DNA of 64,000 nucleotides from an uncultured bacterium (GTDB lineage Bacteria; Verrucomicrobiota; Kiritimatiellia; RFP12; UBA1067): NCBI GenBank assembly GCA_902761275.1, contig CACWJS010000016.1, positions 1,581 to 65,580 of the forward strand, read 5' to 3'. Each line of letters opens with the position of its first letter. The stretch's first letter is position 1. The translations under genes were made by a program, and so were the position numbers. Under the pieces are notes generated by a model, which had not been told where the DNA came from, did not search any database, and was given only the letters and a program-made list of their open reading frames with translations. Positions 28,207 through 36,459 of this stretch are shown here, in pieces.

Positions 28207-30189
28207 TCAATCAAACGTCACAACCCCATCAGGCACTTCCGCCCACGAAATGGTCATCGGAGGGTTGTCGCTTGCCTTGGCGAGCCCAACTTTGTCATTG
28301 TCGACAGTCTCAGACGAGCCCGAGAACAGGCGTATGTCCCAGTTCAGGTAAAGATTGCTCGAGTATTGCAAGCCCTCGTTGCGGCAGACAAGCGCGCCGT
28401 TGAAGCTGCACTTGCCGGTCTTCCCGAAAATGCCGTGGTTGTTGTACAGGACTGCGTCTACACGGGTTATCGTCTCGGCGCGAGAGGAAATCTCGCTGTT
28501 GGCACAAACGGTCTCGTAGTATTTGCGATCGTATGCGTTTTCACGGCGAGTCTCGGTGTCCGCCACCCAGCGGCGTGACCATCCGCTGCCCTCGTAGTGC
28601 CCAGTGTCAAGCGTAACAGTAGTCTCACGCACCTTGCCAAACTGGTAGTTAGAGCCAACGATATCCTTGCCGCCCGGGTTGTCGCTCGCCTCAATCTGCG
28701 TCACGGCAGCGGAATCGGAAGTGGACACCTTCTCTACAGTGGCGTAGCTGCCGCCGAAAGTCGAAGGATAGCCGATGTTGGCGTCAGTCGTGTCGCAGGC
28801 GTACTGCTGGACATAGGGCTGCGTCGAAAGATACGTCTTGATGGAGCTTAGCCAGCTGTCCTGCGTACAGTCACCGAGGACAATGTTGCCCTTCGCCATA
28901 AGCCCGAGCATGTCCTTCGACGAGTTGTTCGCGCTTTGCGTCGACTTGTTGCTCCAGGACGGCGGGTTCTTGTACTGGATGTTGCCGACGATGTGGATGT
29001 TGCGGCCGGAATAGATAGTGCCCTGCCCGGTCACATAGCCCTTGATGATTACGTCCGACTCGACTATTACAGGCCCGTTCACGACAATCGGGTTCGACTG
29101 CGTCCCGACGAGCACAAGCGCGCCCTTGTCGGCAAGCGAGGCGTCGCCCGACGGCCCGACGCCATCGTAGTAGACGGAGGCGATAGTGGAGCCGCCCTGC
29201 TTGATCGTGGACATGTTTGAATCGGCCGCGTGAAGCTCGGCAGCCCATTGCCGGTAGTCGCTCGCCGTCGACGAAAGGTCGCCTATGTAGGGCATCTCGA
29301 CCGAAAGCTCCTCGTTCGCGTTGATGCGCGCCTTCAGCATGGCAGTCGTAGGCGTCGACGATGGCGCCTCGTACCCGCCTGCGTTCGTCCCCCCAGTGTT
29401 CGGATCGGAGTAGAGGGGACGCGCCGCATTCGAGGTGCCGTATGTCGTCGACTTGTATGTCGAATAGGTATCCATCTTGCCGTAGTTCGTGATATCGCCG
29501 TTGACGCCAAGCTCCTCGTTCCTCGCCGCATATACCTTTCCGTTAACCTTGCAGCTCGAGTCGAGATACATGTCTCCGTTTGCACGAACATCTCCGTTCG
29601 CGGTGCAGCCAGATCCCTGGAACCATCCGTAGTTGTTGACGAAATAGGCGTTGTTGAAGACCTTCGATCTCTGCTGCGCGAATCGGACCGTTTCGACAAC
29701 TGTCGCTGAAACGCCGATGGATCCGAGCACTGTGCGCTCGGCTCTCGCAACGAATGTCACGTTGGCCCACTGAGTGCCGACCGTATGCTCCACCGCGCCA
29801 ATGCGCACCTTGACGACACAGTCCATATTCGTCACCGAATAGTCGAGTGTGACAACGTTTCTCGTTCCTATCGTCCGCTTTGCCGTCGAACTCGAATACG
29901 CCTCGAACCAGTCGAACGAGCTTACCGACGACGAGCCGATCGTGTCGCCGCCGATGATGCGTGCCGAGCGCTCTATTGACTTGATAAACGCAGTGTTGAC
30001 TACTGTCTTCGCCACCTCGATCTCGCTCTGGGCTGCAAGGCGGCAGACGTCGCGGCCAGTATAGACCGCCGTAGAGCGAACAGTCCAGGACACATAGCCA
30101 ATGACGCCGGCGACCAATATGGCGGCGACACCCGTCATCACGATCGTGGTGACAAGCGCAAAACCGGAACTGTACCGAAACGCCTTCAT
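28207..30189 (-). CDS. giant pseudopilin-like protein lacking Glu5 (660 aa), beta-helix-like body
   Basis: N-terminus MKAFRYSSG/FALVTTIVMTGVAAILVAGVIG resembles a prepilin leader plus hydrophobic helix, with Thr at the +5 position. Repeated NGD/VNG motifs. Last gene of the pseudopilin operon. Confidence 0.55.
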   Translation of the reverse strand: MKAFRYSSGFALVTTIVMTGVAAILVAGVIGYVSWTVRSTAVYTGRDVCRLAAQSEIEVAKTVVNTAFIKSIERSARIIGGDTIGSSSVSSFDWFEAYSSSTAKRTIGTRNVVTLDYSVTNMDCVVKVRIGAVEHTVGTQWANVTFVARAERTVLGSIGVSATVVETVRFAQQRSKVFNNAYFVNNYGWFQGSGCTANGDVRANGDMYLDSSCKVNGKVYAARNEELGVNGDITNYGKMDTYSTYKSTTYGTSNAARPLYSDPNTGGTNAGGYEAPSSTPTTAMLKARINANEELSVEMPYIGDLSSTASDYRQWAAELHAADSNMSTIKQGGSTIASVYYDGVGPSGDASLADKGALVLVGTQSNPIVVNGPVIVESDVIIKGYVTGQGTIYSGRNIHIVGNIQYKNPPSWSNKSTQSANNSSKDMLGLMAKGNIVLGDCTQDSWLSSIKTYLSTQPYVQQYACDTTDANIGYPSTFGGSYATVEKVSTSDSAAVTQIEASDNPGGKDIVGSNYQFGKVRETTVTLDTGHYEGSGWSRRWVADTETRRENAYDRKYYETVCANSEISSRAETITRVDAVLYNNHGIFGKTGKCSFNGALVCRNEGLQYSSNLYLNWDIRLFSGSSETVDNDKVGLAKASDNPPMTISWAEVPDGVVTFD

Positions 30190-30190
30190 G

Positions 30191-30823
30191 TCAGTACCTC
30201 CCCGCCGAGTCCTTCATCGGCTGGAGCCGTCCCATCAGCGGCACGACGACCCTCTCCCCGCGAACTACAGGGCGATTTCTCGGACCATTGACCTTAAAGC
30301 TCAAGTCAAGGTTGACGCGATACACGTCGGCAGGATTCGTAGACGTACCAGAACCCTTTGAATCATAGGACACTATGTCGAGCATTGAGGACTCTACAAG
30401 CGGAATCCTGCCTGGCCACAGCCAACCGGCATGGCTGTCCTTGTTGGGAGTGCGCTCGTTGAAAAGATACCTGTCTGAGCCGGACTGTCCAAGGATAAGC
30501 CGCATTGACTGCGGCCGGACGTCGGAAAGCGAAGTGCCAAGCGCCGACATTCCCATAAGCACGTAACCGCTGCCAGACTCAACTACCCACCCGGAATTCG
30601 TCCCGCTGAGCATCCCAGAGTAATGGACGCCGTCTATCGTCGGCGACACGTGGAAGAGAAGTTTCTCGCGGACACTTCTTGCAGCAAGCGCCATCTCCGA
30701 CTCGGCCATTGTGTTTGCCATCATGACCTGAGCAGAGATGAACGTAGACATAATGGCGGTAAGCACGATACCGGCAACCAGCATCGCCACCATTGTCTCG
30801 GAAAGAGTGAATCCCCTTCTCAT
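30191..30823 (-). CDS. prepilin-type N-terminal cleavage/methylation domain pseudopilin (210 aa)
   Basis: MRRG/FTLSETMVAMLVAGIVLTAIM, a canonical G/FTLxE motif plus hydrophobic helix. Confidence 0.75.
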   Translation of the reverse strand: MRRGFTLSETMVAMLVAGIVLTAIMSTFISAQVMMANTMAESEMALAARSVREKLLFHVSPTIDGVHYSGMLSGTNSGWVVESGSGYVLMGMSALGTSLSDVRPQSMRLILGQSGSDRYLFNERTPNKDSHAGWLWPGRIPLVESSMLDIVSYDSKGSGTSTNPADVYRVNLDLSFKVNGPRNRPVVRGERVVVPLMGRLQPMKDSAGRY

Positions 30824-31323
30824 ATTCCCCTGTCAATCTGGCATTTGTACACGGAAACCGGTATCGAAAAGGTCCTGCCTGAAGTACTAAGCGAATTTAG
30901 ACGGCGCCGAGACGTCGACGGTCCCCATTCCACGTCGACGTCTATCCGCTTTACGGCGGCGGAATCGCCGTGCCGTACTGGCATCGCGCTTCCCGTGAGA
31001 AGCTGGACCCTGACGTACAGTTTCGCGTCCGAACCGCCGTTCAGCTCCTTGCAGAGCATTGGGCAGTCGTTTGAACTCACGACGGAATAGCCGGCGTCGG
31101 GATAAAACTTCGGCGACGTCGAGTTGTTCAGCTCGTCGTAGGGCTTGTTAAGCCATCTCCATGCGGTATCCCAGGCATACGCCTCGGCGGCGAGAAGCTG
31201 CGAATTCTCGTGAGCGATCCTCGTCGACACTATCACGCCCTCGAGGCAGGCGAGAGTGAGCAGCACGGCGATTGACCCCGCGAGCATAACCTCGACCAGC
31301 GTCACTCCCCGCCGCGCCTTCAT
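30820..31323 (-). CDS. prepilin-type N-terminal cleavage/methylation domain pseudopilin (167 aa)
   Basis: MKARRG/VTLVEVMLAGSIAVLLTLA. 4-nt overlaps with both neighbouring genes. Confidence 0.75.
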   Translation of the reverse strand: MKARRGVTLVEVMLAGSIAVLLTLACLEGVIVSTRIAHENSQLLAAEAYAWDTAWRWLNKPYDELNNSTSPKFYPDAGYSVVSSNDCPMLCKELNGGSDAKLYVRVQLLTGSAMPVRHGDSAAVKRIDVDVEWGPSTSRRRLNSLSTSGRTFSIPVSVYKCQIDRGI

Positions 31324-32144
31324 GTCGTTCCAGCTCCTGACGGATACATTTTGGCAAGAGCCGCTTCAACAGACGACGGCAGCGCCAGATAGAACCTACA
31401 CGGCATTACGGCGGAAAGCTGCGCCCGCAAAGAGTCGTCGGCAGGATTGAGGACTGCGACAAGCACATCCTTGCCTATTGACGCAAACGGAACAGCCCCG
31501 CGAATGCGCATGACATGTGCCGGGAAAGACGAGGCAAGGCCCTTTGTCGGCTCAAACGCGGCAAGCGGAATAGGTGGGGCTCCATGCCTGTCGGCAAGAT
31601 AGGCAATGCACCTCTCGGAAGCCGTTGGATTCTCTTTTTCGAGAATCTGGAGTGCAGAAACGAGAAACATCTGGCCTGCCGTAGGTGTCGCCTCGATCTG
31701 CGCCTTCAGGTGCTTCGCATCTTCTTCGGAAACCATTTTTCCGTCTACAAGCTCGTCAACAAGCGCAAGTTCAGACTTTACGGCCATTGCCGAGATTGAC
31801 TCGATCATTTCCTCTTCCGTCATTTCCTTCGGAACTTCAGGAGTCAGATCTGGCGCGGGTGCGATAAGCGTCTTTACCTTGAGTGAAAGCGCCTTTGCCT
31901 CGGGGTAGTCGCTCTCTTCAAGTCGAGGCAAAAGCCCTTCAAGCGCGGCATTGTCGCGCTCCTTTATCAGTATCTTTGTGAGGGAAACCAGCGCTTTCTG
32001 AGCATCTTCGTGCCTGTCGAGCTGCTCGTATGCGACTACAAGAAATTCAAGGGTTACGCGATCCTCCGGCATAAGCTGGAGCATCTGCTCAAAATACGCC
32101 ACGCCTTCGGCAAGGCGCGCATCAAATTTCGGTTCTTCCGCCAT
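31320..32144 (-). CDS. TPR-like + T2SS-E N-terminal-like (GspE_N/MshEN-type) domain protein
   Basis: ORF 31320..32303 trimmed to ATG 32144 (MAEEPKFD) downstream of the promoter. C-terminus (PIPLAAFEP...RIRGAVPFASIGKDVLVAVLNPADDSLRAQL) resembles the N-domain of secretion ATPases. Confidence 0.55.
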   Translation of the reverse strand: MAEEPKFDARLAEGVAYFEQMLQLMPEDRVTLEFLVVAYEQLDRHEDAQKALVSLTKILIKERDNAALEGLLPRLEESDYPEAKALSLKVKTLIAPAPDLTPEVPKEMTEEEMIESISAMAVKSELALVDELVDGKMVSEEDAKHLKAQIEATPTAGQMFLVSALQILEKENPTASERCIAYLADRHGAPPIPLAAFEPTKGLASSFPAHVMRIRGAVPFASIGKDVLVAVLNPADDSLRAQLSAVMPCRFYLALPSSVEAALAKMYPSGAGTT

Positions 32145-32152
32145 ATAAGGAC

Positions 32153-32161
32153 ATATTAGCA
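32153..32161 (-). promoter_or_regulatory. extended -10 box TGCTAATAT (pseudopilin operon, leaderless)
   Basis: + strand atattagca. ATG 32144 lies 8 nt downstream. Confidence 0.5.
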
Positions 32162-32196
32162 AATACCATGCCATATACTGGCACGAATCTTGCTTA

Positions 32197-32202
32197 TATA
32201 AT
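32197..32202 (+). promoter_or_regulatory. -10 box TATAAT (gspE/pilB-like, leaderless)
   Basis: tgcttatataat, then 6 nt, then ATG 32209. Confidence 0.5.
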
Positions 32203-32208
32203 TGCGTA

Positions 32209-33867
32209 ATGGCAGAAGCAACACAGTCCAAAAGCAGATTCCACGTTCGGCGTGGCGGCGCGGCAGAGATCAAGAAAATCGAAGATCCCGCCGAGTTCGC
32301 CATAGCCGCGGCAGACTATCTCGGCGCACAGCCGATTTCAATTCCACAGGGATTCACACCCTCGCAGGATCTTCTCTGCGGGATGAAAATCGAGGCATGG
32401 AACCGCGCAAAGGCGCTTCCGCTGATGAAAGTCGACGGGCGCTTTGCCATAGCTTTTTCAGATCCCTTCGACTTGCCGACCCAGGAAGAGGTCTCGCGCT
32501 GGACCCATGGCAAGATATGGACCCTGGTAGCTCCCGCGCCCGAGTTGAACGACGCGCTCCAGCGACTCAAGAGCCAAGAAGACGCTTTGAACCCCGCCCT
32601 CGCGATGGAGAACATCATGAAAGGCGACGAGGGCGACATCGAGATGACCGCTGGCGAAGACAAGAACGCCGACGCCCTCGATGCAACACTTGACGCCGCG
32701 GGCGAGGCACCGGTCATCCGCATGGTCAATACGATCATGATTGAAGCCCTCAAGACAAAAGCGTCCGATATCCATTTCGAAGCAATGGAGAAAACGTCGC
32801 GCCTCAGATATCGCATAGACGGCGAACTCGTCGACCGTCCCGCGCCGCCGAAGGCTCTCCACAACGCAGTCGTGTCGCGCATCAAGATTCTCTCCAACCT
32901 TGATATCGCCGAGCGCCGTCGCCCGCAGGACGGTCGCTTCAAGGTCAAAGCGCTAAAGAAAGAGGTCGACGTTCGCGTTTCCATTCTCCCTACCGTTCAT
33001 GGCGAGAAAGTCGTTATGCGTATCCTCGACAAGTCAAACCTCGCGCCTGGACTCGCGTCTCTCGGCCTCGACGAATATGCGTACAAGGCGATGAAATTCG
33101 CCATCGACCAGCCGCACGGCATTATCCTCGTAACAGGGCCTACGGGCTCGGGAAAGACGACGACGCTGTATTCGTGCCTTCAGGACCTCAATCAGCCGAA
33201 CGTCAACATCGTAACGGCCGAAGACCCTGTCGAATACGAGCTTGCCGGCGTGAACCAGTGCCATGTGAACGTCGCGCAGGGCCTTACGTTCGCCGGGATT
33301 CTGCGCTCGGTGCTGCGTCAGGACCCCGACATCGTGCTCGTCGGCGAAATCCGCGACGGCGAAACTGCCGACATCGCCGTCAAGGCCGCTTTGACGGGCC
33401 ACCTCGTGCTTTCTACGCTCCACACAAACGATGCGTGCGGCGTCGTCGCGCGTCTTTTCGACATGGGCATCCAGCCCTTCATGCTCGCGTCGTCGCTCAT
33501 TCTCGCGCAGGCCCAGCGTCTCTTCCGCAAGCTATGCCCCTTCTGCAAGCAGCCCGTCGACGTGGACCTAGAGATGCTCAAGATCAACAACGTCGACCAG
33601 AAGCCGTTCGAAGGAGCCACGGTCTACGGTCCCGTAGGCTGCCCGAAGTGCCATGGGTCCGGCTACAAGGGACGCGGCGCGATGATGGAAGTTCTACCAA
33701 TCTCGCCGAAAATTCGCGCGCTGATAGAAAAAGGCGGCGACGCCGATCTCCTTAAGAAACTTGCGCTTGAAGAAGGCATGGTGACGCTCAAGGAAGCGGG
33801 CATGATCAAGGTCCGCGCAGGGCTGACGTCGCTTGAGGCCGCGTTTGAGGTGACGGGAGGAGAGTAG
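32209..33867 (+). CDS. GspE/PilB-family secretion ATPase
   Basis: T2SSE N-domain, Walker A GPTGSGKTTT, Asp box, Walker B ILVGEIRD, His box, tetracysteine CPFC...CPKC. Confidence 0.9.
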   Translation: MAEATQSKSRFHVRRGGAAEIKKIEDPAEFAIAAADYLGAQPISIPQGFTPSQDLLCGMKIEAWNRAKALPLMKVDGRFAIAFSDPFDLPTQEEVSRWTHGKIWTLVAPAPELNDALQRLKSQEDALNPALAMENIMKGDEGDIEMTAGEDKNADALDATLDAAGEAPVIRMVNTIMIEALKTKASDIHFEAMEKTSRLRYRIDGELVDRPAPPKALHNAVVSRIKILSNLDIAERRRPQDGRFKVKALKKEVDVRVSILPTVHGEKVVMRILDKSNLAPGLASLGLDEYAYKAMKFAIDQPHGIILVTGPTGSGKTTTLYSCLQDLNQPNVNIVTAEDPVEYELAGVNQCHVNVAQGLTFAGILRSVLRQDPDIVLVGEIRDGETADIAVKAALTGHLVLSTLHTNDACGVVARLFDMGIQPFMLASSLILAQAQRLFRKLCPFCKQPVDVDLEMLKINNVDQKPFEGATVYGPVGCPKCHGSGYKGRGAMMEVLPISPKIRALIEKGGDADLLKKLALEEGMVTLKEAGMIKVRAGLTSLEAAFEVTGGE

Positions 33868-33965
33868 GGGTCAGGGGTCAGGGGTCAGGAGTCAGGAGTC
33901 AGGGGTTAGGGGTCAGTAGTTAGGAGTCAGGAGTTGGAGTCAGGAGTCAGTATAGGAGATAGAAG
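33867..33965. repeat. GTCAGG-family array ending in an SD, forward orientation
   Basis: ggggtcaggggtcaggggtcaggagtcaggagtcaggggttaggggtcagtagttaggagtcaggagttggagtcaggagtcagtataggagatagaagATG. Confidence 0.92.
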
Positions 33966-35033
33966 ATGGCAAGCATACCAAAGATTAAAGGACAGCGTAA
34001 AATCGCAAAGACGGAGGTCGTGCCGTTCACGAGGCAGCTTGCCTCGATGATCGGTGCTGGCATGCCAATCCTCTCAACCATACAGACTCTCGAAGAACAG
34101 TGTTCCAACCCCGAGTTTAAGAAAGTCCTGACACACCTTAAGGACACGATCGAGGGTGGCGACCCTATCTCCAAGGGACTCGCCTCGTTCCCTGTCCTGT
34201 TTGATGACATGTACGTGAACATGGTAATGGCTGGCGAACAGTCTGGCGAATTCGCAGGCATTCTCAAGCGACTTGGCACCATCATACAGGCCACGGCACG
34301 ACTCAAAGGCAAAGTCAAAAGCGCGATGACTTATCCGACTGTCATCATCTCGATCGCACTCCTTCTTGCAGGCGGCCTTATTCAGTTCGTGGTTCCAATT
34401 TTCGCAGAGATGTTCTCCGGCTTCGGAAAGCCCCTTCCCGCGCTAACCCAGACGCTCGTAGATGTCTCAAATTTTGTCAAGGCGTACTGGTACATAATCC
34501 TAATTACCGTCGGCGCGGCAATCTGGGCGTTCAAGACGTGGAAGAATACAGAACGCGGACATTACAAGTTCGACGAATTCAAGCTCAAGATGCCAGTCTT
34601 CGGAGTCCTCAACCTAAAGAGCGGAATAGGCAGGTTCTGCCGGCTTCTCGCGCAGATGACGAACGCCGGCGTACCGATCTTGAAATCTCTCGAAGTTGTG
34701 GCTGGATCGCTCGGTAACCGCGTACTCGAAAAGTCGATTCTCGACGCTCGCAAGGAAGTGGAACAGGGCAACCAGCTTAACGTCGCCCTCGACGGCAAGC
34801 CATATATGCCGCTGATAATGGTGCGCATGATAGCCGCAGGCGAAAAGGCTGGCAAGGTCGAGGACATGCTGGACTCCGTGGCGGACAGCTACGACGAAGA
34901 GGTGGAGGCCCTTCTCAGCACGCTGACATCGCTGATGGAGCCGTTCCTTATGGTGTTCCTTGGTGCAATCATCGGAACAATCGTCCTCGCGATGTTCCTG
35001 CCGATCTTCAACATGGGCAGTCTTGCAAGCTGA
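33966..35033 (+). CDS. GspF/PilC-family inner-membrane platform protein
   Basis: 355-aa ORF with two T2SSF-type repeats (FTRQLASMIGAGMPIL and FCRLLAQMTNAGVPIL) and 3 TM segments. Confidence 0.88.
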   Translation: MASIPKIKGQRKIAKTEVVPFTRQLASMIGAGMPILSTIQTLEEQCSNPEFKKVLTHLKDTIEGGDPISKGLASFPVLFDDMYVNMVMAGEQSGEFAGILKRLGTIIQATARLKGKVKSAMTYPTVIISIALLLAGGLIQFVVPIFAEMFSGFGKPLPALTQTLVDVSNFVKAYWYIILITVGAAIWAFKTWKNTERGHYKFDEFKLKMPVFGVLNLKSGIGRFCRLLAQMTNAGVPILKSLEVVAGSLGNRVLEKSILDARKEVEQGNQLNVALDGKPYMPLIMVRMIAAGEKAGKVEDMLDSVADSYDEEVEALLSTLTSLMEPFLMVFLGAIIGTIVLAMFLPIFNMGSLAS

Positions 35034-35060
35034 CAACGCCCGCAAAACTGGAGTTACGAC

Positions 35061-35435
35061 ATGACAGACGAAATTAACACAGCTGAAGAAACCAGTCGCC
35101 GGCTCGCAATAGCAGAAATGCAGGTCGAGCGGTCGAAGGTCGTGATGGAATCGCTCGCGGGCTTCTGCCATGCGCTTGGCCAGCCCTCCACCGTCCTCTT
35201 GAGCTCAATCGAACTCCTCAAGATGGACGGCGTCGACGAGGAGACGAAAAAACAAGTAATCGACATGTGCCACGAAGCCGTCCTCGAGATCAAATCGCTG
35301 CTTGCCGAAATGAAGACACGGCGTGAATATGTCGCCGAGGCCTATCTCGCCGGCAAGGCCGAGGCGGGCAATATGATTTCTCTTCCCGAATGGCGCGACA
35401 AGGCGCCGCCAAAGGCGAGCTGGGATAAAGATTAG
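35061..35435 (+). CDS. stand-alone HisKA (DHp)-like domain protein, 124 aa
   Basis: ESLAGFCHALGQPSTVLLSSIELL parallels the H-box fxxxxSHELRTPLxxIxxxxELL. No ATPase (CA) domain. GGAG SD. Confidence 0.45.
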   Translation: MTDEINTAEETSRRLAIAEMQVERSKVVMESLAGFCHALGQPSTVLLSSIELLKMDGVDEETKKQVIDMCHEAVLEIKSLLAEMKTRREYVAEAYLAGKAEAGNMISLPEWRDKAPPKASWDKD

Positions 35436-35438
35436 CGA

Positions 35439-36260
35439 TTAAAGGACGCGGTTGTCAATAAGCCGCGTCTTGCCGCAGAAGGCCGCAACGAGGAGGCAAC
35501 AACCCTTCTTAGGAATCTTGCGCGGCTCAAGAGTCTCTGCGTCGACACATTCGACATAGTCGACAACAAGCCCCGCTTTTTCAAGCGACTTACTGAGCGC
35601 CGCAAGCGTCTTTGCCCCGCCTTTCGCGCCAAACGACATCAGCGAGCGGGAAATCGCGATCGCCCTCTCGCGCTCCTCTTGCGAAAGATACGTATTGCGC
35701 GACGAGCGGGCGAGACCACTTTTCTCGCGCACGATCGGAGCGACGACGATCTTGAGGTCGAAGTTGAGGTCGCGCACCATGCGCTTTATCACCTGCGCCT
35801 GCTGGTAGTCCTTCTGGCCGAAGACGGCGAAGTCGGGATGGGCAAGGTTGAAGAGCTTCGCAACGACGGTACAGACGCCGCGGAAATGCCCCGGACGACG
35901 CGCGCCGCAAAGCCCGCGCGAAAGATCCTCCTCGTTCACAAAGACGCTGTGACGATCAAGATACATGTTGGCGGGCGTCGGGAAGAACACGGCCGTAGCG
36001 CCAGCCGAGCGACACTTAGCGAGATCGGCCTTCTCGTCGCGCGGGTACTTTTCATAATCCTCGTTCGGCCCGAACTGTACTGGATTAACGAAGACGCTCA
36101 CGACTATTTCGTCAGCGCCGCGTCTCTTCGCCTCGCGAATGAGCGAAAGATGTCCATCGTGGAGATAGCCCATCGTCGGAACAAGTGCAATCTTTGCACC
36201 GGCGAGTTTGCGCGCGCGGCACCACTTCTGGAGTTTCTGGGGTTCTTTGAAGATTTTCAT
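35439..36260 (-). CDS. panC: pantoate--beta-alanine ligase
   Basis: VPTMGYLHDGHLSLI (HIGH-like) and the overall PanC pattern. Confidence 0.9.
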   Translation of the reverse strand: MKIFKEPQKLQKWCRARKLAGAKIALVPTMGYLHDGHLSLIREAKRRGADEIVVSVFVNPVQFGPNEDYEKYPRDEKADLAKCRSAGATAVFFPTPANMYLDRHSVFVNEEDLSRGLCGARRPGHFRGVCTVVAKLFNLAHPDFAVFGQKDYQQAQVIKRMVRDLNFDLKIVVAPIVREKSGLARSSRNTYLSQEERERAIAISRSLMSFGAKGGAKTLAALSKSLEKAGLVVDYVECVDAETLEPRKIPKKGCCLLVAAFCGKTRLIDNRVL

Positions 36261-36459
36261 AGCAGGAGTTGGAGTTCAGAGTTGGAGTTGGAGAGTGGAA
36301 GGTTAGGGGCCAGGAGTCAGGGGTCAGGGGTTAGGGGTCAGGAGTCAGGAGTTGGAGTTGGAGTTCAGAGTTGGAGTTGGAGAGCGGAATTGATATCGTT
36401 TTTAGTAGAATTTTTAACGCAGAGACGCAGAGTCGCAGAGGTAGTTGGAGAGTGGATGG
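36261..36459. repeat. composite mosaic intergenic element, forward orientation
   Basis: ggagttggagttcagagttggagttggagagtgg...ggtcaggagtcagg...gttggagagcggaattgatatcgtttttagtagaatttttaacgcagagacgcagagtcgcagaggtagttggagagtgg. Confidence 0.9.

Noticed and set aside
27929-28210. ORFs made purely of repeat sequence (27929-28210 minus strand, 49212-49466 +, 1150-1458 +, 35679-36518 + in part)
   Set aside because: They are translations of tandem repeats or composite elements, have no start signals, and equivalent repeats elsewhere are in other frames and orientations.
31600-31700. c-di-GMP-binding MshEN motif in the TPR-GspE_N protein (LALVDELVDGKMVSEEDAKHLKAQ)
   Set aside because: The spacing of G, L and Q matches the 24-residue motif. 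However, the key Arg and the LG of RLGxx are missing, so ligand binding cannot be claimed.
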